DNA from: an uncultured Planctomycetota bacterium
GTDB taxonomy: Bacteria; Planctomycetota; Planctomycetia; Isosphaerales; Isosphaeraceae
DNA: 64,000 nt
Assembly (NCBI GenBank): GCA_963845755.1
Contig: CAWJTV010000005.1
Location: 1-64,000, forward strand
Reading direction: 5' to 3'
The position numbers and the translations under genes were made by a program. Positions 1 through 7,244 of this stretch are shown here, one piece after another (positions within the stretch are counted from its first letter, which is position 1; every line of letters starts with the position of its first letter). The notes below the pieces were generated by a model. That model was not told the origin of the DNA. It did not search any database and was given only the letters and a program-made list of their open reading frames with translations.

Positions 1-428
1 GGTCGAGCCGTCGGGCCGCACCTCGAGGAGCCCGGCCGAGACGCGGAACGTGCCCTCCAGCACCGGGAGCCGCTGCCGGATCGTCGATTCCACCGGCCTG
101 TGGGCCGGGCTTGAGCAGGATCTCATTGTCCGGATAGACCACCCGGTCCACGGTCTTGCGGGCCTTCAGGTCGTAGATCGCGACGAACCACCGGAGGCGA
201 AACGCGGCGGGTTCGATGGAAGGGTTTGGCCTTGGCGATCGCGATCCCGTCCTTCACCGAGAGATCGATCTTGTAATCGTTATTGACCACAATCTTCCGC
301 GTGGGCTTGGCCTTCGCCTTGGGCTTTTGCTGCCGCGGCATCGCGGCCCGCGTCATCCAGTGGGTAGTCGGCACCAGCGCCGCACAGATGAGCAGGCCGA
401 TCATGTTCTGGAAACGTTTGGTTGGCAC
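1..428 (-). CDS. Hypothetical exported protein (partial, frameshift near 215)
   Basis: GTG at 428 after GAAGG; hydrophobic N-terminus (NMIGLLICAALV); continues in another frame (IEPAAFRLRWFVAIYDLK...) to the window edge. Confidence 0.45.
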
Positions 429-457
429 GATTGACCTTCGCCTTTCTGGAGGATTCT

Positions 458-960
458 TTAAGGCTCGGCCTTGACCACGTTGCCCCGGGTCACCCATCCT
501 TCGCGGCCGAACATCTCTTCTCCTTTGATCATAACATGGAACGACGTGAATCCCGAGTCGATGACGACAGCCGGCGTTCCGTGCGGGACCAGGATTAATT
601 TCCCTTGCATGACGAACTGGCCAGCAGGTCCGCCGAATTGGCGGACTCGGCCGAGACGAACTCATCCCACGCCGAAGTCGCGACAAGGACCGCCTGCCGA
701 GTCGTGCGGATGAGCGTAACCTGATCACCCGTGATAATGACGGCGGAATGGTTCTCGCGAGAGCGCCACCTTGCCGATGACGGCCAGGGTCCCGAAGGCG
801 ATCGCAACCCAGTGCCAGCGCCTCAGCTTGATGGAGCGAGCTTGCCGGGCAGGAGTGGTTTTCTTTCCGTCCATCGATAGGCCATGAAGAGGCCAAGGCC
901 GACGAATAGCAGCATCAGGACCGCAAGGGCTTTCTCATCCGCCGGGCCGACGCCATTCAT
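458..960 (-). CDS. Hypothetical membrane protein, two TM segments plus a beta-rich (SH3-like?) C-terminus; several frameshifts
   Basis: Manual joining of frames: ALAVLMLLFVGLGLFMAY / WHWVAIAFGTLAVIG / GDQVTLIR...LILVPHGTPAVVIDSGFTSFHVMIKG...EGWVTRGNV, stop at 458-460. Confidence 0.45.
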
Positions 961-986
961 CGCGAATATCCCATAGTTATGCGGGG

Positions 987-1475
987 CTATTCATCCTTCT
1001 TGCCGGCATCCAGGATGCAAAGGATGTGGACTACAAAGCCCGGTATGATCAAGAAAACATAACCAAGAAACGTTCCGAGCATCCAGCAAATCCCCTTCGG
1101 CACATCACCCCGCATCACCTGCCCTAGTCCGGGGATGAACAAACTCATGATCGCCGCGGTCGACGGGGTGACCGACGACTCCTTGGCAGCCGTCCGCGTG
1201 GCCTCCTGGATCGATCGCAGAATGGGATCCAAGGTCTCACCGCAGTAGCGACACTTCTTCGCACTGACCTTGATCTCCTCGCCGCAGAAGGGACACTCCT
1301 TATCCCGAGACGGAACCATCGGCGAGGCAGGCTGCGAGACCGCCGGAGCTCGGCCCGGCTGGAGTCCAGGATAGCAGAAACCCTGATAGCAATGCTGACA
1401 ACGAATCAAATCGCCGTTGTTGGCAGGACGCTGGAGTATAAACCCCATCCGGCATAGCGGACAGAAGACCTGCAT
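987..1475 (-). CDS. Zinc-ribbon protein with a C-terminal TM2-like membrane domain
   Basis: CPLC/CQHC and CPFCGEEIKVSAKKCRYCGE zinc ribbons; AAIMSLFIPGLGQ motif followed by TM helices. Confidence 0.8.
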   Translation of the reverse strand: MQVFCPLCRMGFILQRPANNGDLIRCQHCYQGFCYPGLQPGRAPAVSQPASPMVPSRDKECPFCGEEIKVSAKKCRYCGETLDPILRSIQEATRTAAKESSVTPSTAAIMSLFIPGLGQVMRGDVPKGICWMLGTFLGYVFLIIPGFVVHILCILDAGKKDE

Positions 1476-1498
1476 GATCCCGACCCTGTCTCTCTCGT

Positions 1499-1719
1499 TT
1501 AACCCTTCGGCCCCTCCATCTTGCGCAACATCTGGGCAAACATCCGATCAACCGGAACCTGCGCGACGCTCGTGAGTAATTCTGCCACGGAAATATTGCG
1601 GTAGTCGGCGATGGCTTTCAATCTCCGTGCCACCCCGCGATCGATCGCACCGTGACGTCGTCGTGCTCGGAAGTCTTCGGCCTGCCCCTACGCTTTGCCA
1701 TCATTGCGGTTCCGGTCAT
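1499..1719 (-). CDS. Ribbon-helix-helix DNA-binding protein (putative repressor), one frameshift near 1645; absent from the ORF track
   Basis: Restoring one base gives MTGTAMMAKRRGRPKTSEHDDVTVRIDRGVARRLKAIADYRNISVAELLTSVAQVPVDRMFAQMLRKMEGPKG*: RGRPK hook, alternating beta strand VTVRI, two helices. Confidence 0.7.
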
Positions 1720-1751
1720 GGGCCAGTGCTCCATTTCGATCACAGGCTAGT

Positions 1752-1760
1752 AGTTTAACA
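1752..1760 (-). promoter_or_regulatory. Extended -10 promoter (TGtTAAACT) for the RHH gene
   Basis: Minus strand TGTTAAACT about 30 bp upstream of the RHH start; the same TGnTAAACT recurs at 4992 and 58108. Confidence 0.5.
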
Positions 1761-1829
1761 GGCCAGAATCCCGATCGCACTCTGCACAATGATACACCAA
1801 ATCCGAATTGAGTAAAGAGGACAGGAATA

Positions 1830-1873
1830 TTTTCTGTGATTCATATTGACTCGATCACCAGAAAAGTTATCAT
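1830..1873 (+). promoter_or_regulatory. Sigma70-like rightward promoter overlapped by an operator-like inverted repeat
   Basis: TTGACT (1846-1851), 16 bp, TATCAT (1868-1873); TTTTCTGTGAT (1830-1840) and ATCACCAGAAAA (1854-1865) flank the -35 box. Confidence 0.55.
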
Positions 1874-1953
1874 ACCACTGTCGGCCGGTCGTTCCGGTCC
1901 GACGCCCGGGGCGGCGGTCAGCCACCATGCGCCGTCCCCGGGTAGAGGGCACG

Positions 1954-1994
1954 AAAAAAGGCCCGTGCAGCGTGATTCAGACGCCGCATGGGCC
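1954..1994 (-). terminator. Intrinsic terminator-like hairpin (minus strand) within the early-operon leader
   Basis: 13-bp stem GGCCCGTGCAGCG/CGCCGCATGGGCC with A6 on the plus side, i.e. U6 after the stem on the minus strand. Confidence 0.5.
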
Positions 1995-2025
1995 GGGATT
2001 CGCCCCTTGTCGGAAGGAGAATCTA

Positions 2026-2705
2026 GTGAGTAGTCTAACCCAGGCCCGTACCCCTGTCCAGCAGGTCTTGCGGAGCCGGCCCTACCTCCAGGACAACCTG
2101 ATCCCCCTCGCCGTTTTCCTGTGCGAGGAGGGCTACAGCGATGGAGCCCGCAACGTGATCCTCTCCTCGGTCCGCTACGGCACGGCGCTGGCCGACCTGG
2201 TCCGCACGGCCGACCTCGAGCCGGCCGATCTCCGCGGCGCACGGGCGGCCCTCCGGAAGGGACGCCGCGAGTCCCGCGAACGGAAGCTCGCCCGGGTCTA
2301 CCTGCCCCCGGAGGCCGACGACGACGCCGACATCTTCGACGGGGAGGAGATGATCCCCTCGGTCGGTCAGGACCGGGATGAAGCCTATGAGGCCGAGTAT
2401 CAGCGGTCGATCGAGGAGATGGACCGACAGCCCGGGACCGACCCGCGCACCGCAGCCGACCGGCCCCGATGTGCTGGCGGAGCGGGTCACCTTCGAGGCC
2501 GGGCTGATGCGGCATCGCCAGACGGCCCTCGGCGACTGGCTGGCGGGTCAGCTCGACCGGCTGGCCCAGCTCGTGCGGTTCAGCGTGCGCCTCGACCCCG
2601 GCCGAGTTCGAGGATCGCTTCGAGGCGATGGAAACGGAGTGGCGGGCGGCGGAGTACGACCGGGGCCATGCCGATGCGCTGGCCGGGACCTTCTCGGCGC
2701 GGTGA
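2026..2705 (+). CDS. Hypothetical phage-like protein (frameshifted)
   Basis: GGAGA RBS plus GTG; helical acidic protein continuing in shifted frames (LGDWLAGQLDRLAQLVRF...AEFEDRFEAMETEWRAAEYDRG). Confidence 0.6.
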
Positions 2706-2714
2706 GGAGGGGTG

Positions 2715-3019
2715 ATGTTCTACGCATGCTGGGAAGTGGATCGGCTGGTCTCCTCAAGCGCGAGCCGAAGCGGTTGACCGCATTCCGCACCCGCTCTGAT
2801 GCTGTCGCCTGGATGGGCGGGCATCGGCGGCGGAAGCGATACGCCCTCGTCGTGCTCCTACTCCAGACCTCGGTCTATCCGGACGGCCGGACCGAGGTGG
2901 TCCCGGAATTCCCGATCAAGGCCCTCGGCGATCGCTGGAGCCTTCCGGCGATGGAGCATGAGGACCATCTGGCGATCAGCGGCGTCATCCCCGAAGTGCT
3001 CTATTACTTCGAGAGGTGA
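2715..3019 (+). CDS. Hypothetical protein (frameshift near N-terminus)
   Basis: GAGGAGG RBS plus ATG; KRLTAFRTRSDAVAWM...; stop overlaps the next start (TGATG). Confidence 0.55.
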
Positions 3020-3384
3020 TGACCATGAGCCACTGGACAGGAACGCGCGACGCCCCGGAGCCATTCCGGGGCGTCCTCGACAGGAAAGAGGAAAAACATA
3101 TCCTCTTCCGTGAGACCTTTATCACGACCAGGGAGGGGATGGATTACATGGACCGCTGCGAGCGATGCGGGGAGCTGGCGTCGCTCGGCGGTCTGAGTTA
3201 TGTACGGGCTGTCCGCCAGCGGATCGCGGCGGTCCGGGCCGCGAAGTACGCCAGCGGGTCGGGAGATTTGCGACTGGACGAGTGGACTATATTGCCGCCG
3301 GTGTCGTGCCGACGGACGCGGGACCGGCAGCGCCGGAAGCGCAGAAAGAACGGAAAGCAAAGGCCCATTGAAAGATGGCGCTGA
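3019..3384 (+). CDS. Hypothetical protein with CxxC
   Basis: Coupled start; CERC motif; C-terminus uncertain. Confidence 0.5.
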   Translation: MTMSHWTGTRDAPEPFRGVLDRKEEKHILFRETFITTREGMDYMDRCERCGELASLGGLSYVRAVRQRIAAVRAAKYASGSGDLRLDEWTILPPVSCRRTRDRQRRKRRKNGKQRPIERWR

Positions 3385-3547
3385 CGACATTGAGATCTAT
3401 GATGTCGCAGATGATCCTTATCGCGATGGGGATTGGGAACCATTTGCGACTGCGCCGTCATTGTGGGGACTTCGCCAGATCCTTCGGACCTTGTACGGAT
3501 ACAGCTATTCTGCAGTATCGATCTACGTGAGGAGGGAAGACAGTTGA
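3368..3547 (+). CDS. Small hypothetical protein (start uncertain)
   Basis: DDIEIYDVADDPYRDGDWEPFATAPSLWGLRQILRTLYGY...; stop overlaps the next TTG start. Confidence 0.4.
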   Translation: MKDGADDIEIYDVADDPYRDGDWEPFATAPSLWGLRQILRTLYGYSYSAVSIYVRREDS

Positions 3548-3976
3548 AAATCACAATCACCATCGACGACGACGAGCTGATTGCCCTCTGGCATCGGCTC
3601 TGCCAGTCCAGCCCCGGGCCCGGGCCCGGACCGCCGCCGCGCCGGCCGCCGGATAGTGCCCCGGAGGACCCGGACCGTCGGCCGCCACCGCGGCGGGAAC
3701 CCGAGCCGGCCAGGAATGGTAACGGCAACGGCAACGGCCGGTCGGATGGCCGGTACCAGGATCCGCGCCCGGAATGGCAAGCAATTCGCGGGCTGGCTGT
3801 ACAAGAAGCCGCGGGCCGTCCAGCAGGTCGCCAAGGAACTCGCGAAGAGTCGAGGCTACCCGACGATGTGGACCCAGCTCCAGGACGAGGAGGTCCAGGA
3901 CCTCTACCACGAGCTGACCGCCCTCCAGCCCGAGCCGGTCGGTCGCGACTGGGGAGGGAACCGTAATGGTGACTAG
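3544..3976 (+). CDS. Hypothetical protein with Pro-rich/NG linker (frameshift near 3768)
   Basis: GAGGAGG RBS plus TTG; MKITITIDDDELIALWHRL...NGNGNGNG...PRNGKQFAGWLYKK. Confidence 0.6.
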
Positions 3977-4256
3977 GCGACGTGCGCCGAAAAAGGAGCC
4001 AGCCTGCCGTATTTGTGGCTGCACGGAGAACCATGCCTGTGCCGGCGGTTGCTACTGGGTCGAGCCCGACGTGTGTTCCGAATGCCAGCCCATGGCCTTG
4101 CTTACCCAGCTCTGGAAGGCGATCCGTGGGTACGACCACATCGGCCACGAAGGGAGCGAGTTGCTGGAGGTGATGTGCGAGGTCAGGGTATATCTCGATG
4201 AATTTTATCCGTCAACCTCATGGAGGGAGAAACACGATGGCAAGGGCCAAAGTTGA
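3966..4256 (+). CDS. Phage-type Cys-rich zinc-binding protein
   Basis: CRICGCTENHACAGGCYWVEPDVCSEC, a motif recurrent in prophage early proteins. Confidence 0.75.
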   Translation: MVTRRRAPKKEPACRICGCTENHACAGGCYWVEPDVCSECQPMALLTQLWKAIRGYDHIGHEGSELLEVMCEVRVYLDEFYPSTSWREKHDGKGQS

Positions 4257-4438
4257 CGACCGCATCGAGACATGGGGCGATGAGATGGACCGTCAGGGTG
4301 CCAGGCCGATCCTCCTGGCCGGGTTCACCCGTGCGCGGGCGGCTGGTCATCTGCACTCCGGAGGACGTCCCGCCGGAGCACATCATCGGTATGCTCCAGG
4401 ACGCGATCCTGCTCATCAAGAAACGGAGCAAGCTATGA
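4237..4438 (+). CDS. Small hypothetical protein, paralog of the next gene (frameshift near 4328)
   Basis: GGAGGGAG RBS; RIETWGDEMDRQGARPILLAG...LVICTPEDVPPEHIIGMLQDAILLIK. Confidence 0.6.
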
Positions 4439-4671
4439 CGCCCCAGAAAATCAAGGAGTGTATCGCCGATCGATTCGATCGCTGGGGCACGTTCCTGGCG
4501 AGCCAGGATGCAACCCCGTCGGTCGTCCTCGGACTGGGTTGGCCGGGCAACCATCGGCAGGATTACGAGATCGTGGTAACGTGCCCGGAAGAAGTGGATG
4601 AGGCCCAGATCATCGTGCAACTGGAGGCCGCCCTGACCCTCCTCAGACACGGAAGGGTTCACAAGCTATGA
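4435..4671 (+). CDS. Small hypothetical protein, paralog of the previous gene
   Basis: ATGA coupling on both sides; RFDRWGTFLASQDATPSVVLG...IVVTCPEEVDEAQIIVQLEAALTLLR. Confidence 0.7.
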   Translation: MTPQKIKECIADRFDRWGTFLASQDATPSVVLGLGWPGNHRQDYEIVVTCPEEVDEAQIIVQLEAALTLLRHGRVHKL

Positions 4672-4886
4672 AGCATTCCGAATTCACCGCCGGCGACCCC
4701 TGTCCCGGCAACCTGATCGAGTCCGGCCAGGGGAAGGCCAGCAGTCCGGACGGGATCGTTCGGACCCGGCAGTTCTACCGGTGTGACGTCTGCCATGAGA
4801 TCCTCTCGGGGGAGGCGACCGAGGCCGTCGATCCGACCCGGCTGATCGCGGATCTCGCCCGATCTTTCCGAGTGCCGAGGAAGTAA
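4668..4886 (+). CDS. Small hypothetical protein with CxxC
   Basis: ATGA-coupled; YRCDVCHE. Confidence 0.6.
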   Translation: MKHSEFTAGDPCPGNLIESGQGKASSPDGIVRTRQFYRCDVCHEILSGEATEAVDPTRLIADLARSFRVPRK

Positions 4887-4897
4887 GCTCTGGCGGA

Positions 4898-5112
4898 CTT
4901 GCGCAGATGTGATTAAGGTTGGGTGGTCCGGCCGTGCCGGGCCGGACAAGGTTCCCGTTAATCTGGCTGAGATGGGGAACCTAAAAAGGCATGCTAAACT
5001 ATGACGGTCGGGCATCGTGCCCGTCCGCGAACTCCTGGAGACATGTTCCGTGAAGTGATCGACTTCTTTCACCAGCCTTAATCGGGTCACATTCTGCCAA
5101 GAAGCCCCGATT
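4898..5112 (+). ncRNA. Candidate structured RNA/ssDNA element (multibranch) upstream of the replication module
   Basis: Closing stem 4911-4925/5070-5083, extendable by 4898-4910/5088-5101; inner stems 4926-4947 (8 bp), 4949-4982 (8 bp plus 4 bp), 5009-5023 (6 bp), 5052-5066 (5 bp); internal TGcTAAACT at 4992-5000. Confidence 0.5.
5083..5110 (+). repeat. 28-bp direct repeat, copy 1 (in hairpin 5080-5112)
   Basis: CGGGTCACATTCTGCCAAGAAGCCCCGA identical at 6619-6646. Confidence 0.95.
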
Positions 5113-5135
5113 CCGGCGTCACACAGGATCGAGAG

Positions 5136-5496
5136 ATGACCTCTTCGACCCGCCCACGGGGCTCGACCGTCCCCCGTGCGCATTGTGCTTCCGAAGTATA
5201 TCCGCCCGTCCAGCCAATCGCAAGCGACGGTAGCCGGATTTCCCTTGAAACCTGCGAGGCTCGCGTCCTCGCATACCTGGCCAGCATCGGCCGTTGGATC
5301 GAGTTGAGGGAGTTCCGCCAGTGCGGCGGGGCTCCGCTCGGTCAGCGCGACCCTGCTCTGCGACACCCTCCGGATCCTGATCGTCGCGGGATGCGTTGAG
5401 CCTCTCGAGCAATCGGAGATCATCGAGAAGGACGGCATCCGGTGCCGTCGCGATTTCACCCTTTACGGCCTGGCCTATCCGGGGGGTGAGGGGTGA
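5136..5496 (+). CDS. Hypothetical protein, possibly winged-HTH (frameshifted)
   Basis: EARVLAYLASIGRWIELREF...DTLRILIVAGCVE pattern; GTGA overlap with the next gene. Confidence 0.5.
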
Positions 5497-6601
5497 CCAC
5501 TTCCTATCTCCCCGGCTTTCAACCGGCCGCCCTACCTCCCGAGACTTCCGCTCCGACCCTGGCATTCTGGACGGGCGTTCCGCAGCCCCTCATCTTCGAG
5601 GGGACGATGGTCCCTGGCTGGCTCAAGGTGTACTGCTACCTGGTCAACCACTCGGCGCCCGGCAATCCCTTCCGCGGGACGAATGAGGAGATCGCCGAGG
5701 CGACCCACCTCCATGTGGGCTCGGTCAACCGTCTGCTCCACTGGCTGAAGACCGAGAACCCGCCCGGCATCGACCATCCTTATATCCGGGTCGAGGGCCA
5801 CGCCCGGAAACGGACGATCCGGCTCCTCTACATCGGATTCGTGCCCGGTTCGCGGGGCCAGGCGGCTGGCGAGGCAAGGCGGCGCCCGGTGCGCGCGATT
5901 GCATGCAAAGGCGCGTGCCCGGCGTGCGCCTTCCGAAAACGGAGAACGCTCCTGGTCAAGGGGTTGCGTCCGAGGCCCCTTTTAATACAGGAATTCCAGA
6001 GAGATTTAACGTTAACGTTGGATCTTTCACAGCATCGGAGGATCGCACGCGAGGGCCGGACCCTCCGTCCTGCGAAGCCCCTCCCCCAATCCCAATGCCT
6101 CCAGCCTCGGTGGTCGATGGAGTCGACGCGGAGCTGGCCGGACTCTCGGCGGAGCAGCTCCGCCAGAAGATTGCCGACCTCGAGCGCCTGCCAGGATCCC
6201 CGGGCCGCGATCCGGATTCCGGCCTCCTGCCAACGGCTGCATGCTCTCGGGTTGCTGGCCTCGCTCGAATCGCCCGAGCTGCCGCCCGAGACTCCGCGCG
6301 TGGAATCGATCGCCCCCAAGGTCGCCGCCGCGCCGGCGCCTCCTGACCGGCCGTCCATCCAGGGCCTGGCCGATCGTTGCCGGCGCATCGCCGGGCCGGG
6401 ACCGATCGAGACGCTGGCCCGTCGCCTGAGCGAGGAACTGAAGGACCCGGGATCGCTCGATTTCTACCGCAAGATCGGCCGCCGGGTCCGGGCCGGCGAG
6501 ATTGACCCGAAGCGGGTCTGGGACGGGTGCGCCGCGCCCGCTGCCCCGGGGTCGAGAATCCAGGCCGTATCTTCAACGCGTACGTGCGGCGGCTCGAGTG
6601 A
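5493..6601 (+). CDS. Putative phage-type replication initiator (N-terminal HTH, low-complexity middle, helical C-terminus); frameshifted
   Basis: LKVYCYLVNH...TNEEIAEATHLHVGSVNRLLHWL (HTH_36-like); C-terminus DPGSLDFYRKIGRRV...VENPGRIFNAYVRRLE*; AT-rich internal patch at 5980-6030. Confidence 0.6.
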
Positions 6602-6618
6602 GGAGAGGAACCGGCTGC

Positions 6619-6646
6619 CGGGTCACATTCTGCCAAGAAGCCCCGA
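6619..6646 (+). repeat. 28-bp direct repeat, copy 2 (in hairpin 6611-6653)
   Basis: Identical to 5083-5110. Confidence 0.95.
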
Positions 6647-6728
6647 CAGCCGGCCCACAGGACGACCCCATCCATCAGCACGGGACGAATCCAATGCTCA
6701 TGAAACTGAGATCCTGCTCCCATTCGAA

Positions 6729-6802
6729 CGAGGATGACGGGGCTCGAACCCGCAACCTCCGGCGTGACAGGCCGGTGCTCTAACCAATTGAGCTACATCC
6801 CC
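6729..6802 (-). tRNA. tRNA-Asp (GTC), CCA not encoded
   Basis: GGGGATGTAGCTCAATTGGTTAGAGCACCGGCCTGTCACGCCGGAGGTTGCGGGTTCGAGCCCCGTCATCCTCG: canonical cloverleaf, GTC anticodon, G discriminator. Confidence 0.98.
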
Positions 6803-7244
6803 AGGACTGATTAGTTAACGACTTGCGGCGAACCCGAGTGTGACAGGGTCCCCGGGTATTCCCTGGTTTTCTGACCATATCACGCGGTTTCTCTGACAAG
6901 TCTGACCAACCACAAGTTTGATTCTATCGGCTGTCGGCGGTGGCATCAAGTCGGGGATCGGCTCCGCGCGGGAGATTCAGCCGGGTGAACTCGCTGCCTG
7001 GAGGATCAACGTTCCTCGGTCCTGAACTTGTCAAGTTCTTGCTCTGCGGGGAGTCAGAACCGACGCTGTTCTTTTGCCCTCGAGCCGTATCGGATCTGGC
7101 TGACTCGAGCCAATCCGGGAAGTTCGGCATCCCGCGCGTGATCGTCTGGCGCCTTCCTCTCTGACTTCACCGCTGATCCCGATCCCCTTTGAATACCCAC
7201 TGATCCGGTGTGAGGAATCGTTACTGGGCGGAGCTTCCCTCGTC

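Larger units (their letters stand above)
1..6728. mobile_element. Right arm of a prophage/satellite-like integrative element at the 3' end of tRNA-Asp (left boundary and integrase not in window)
   Basis: Dense run of short, translationally coupled hypothetical genes; divergent RHH regulator; phage-type Cys motif protein; HTH replication-initiator-like gene; ends at the tRNA 3' end. Confidence 0.75.

Noticed and set aside
4898..5112. Retron msr-msd
   Set aside because: Inverted repeats enclosing hairpins are similar in outline, but no reverse transcriptase is encoded in the window.
5700..5725. THLHV as an HUH rolling-circle motif
   Set aside because: It falls in the turn of a clear HTH (EIAEATHLHVGSVNRLL), and no convincing downstream catalytic Tyr motif was seen.
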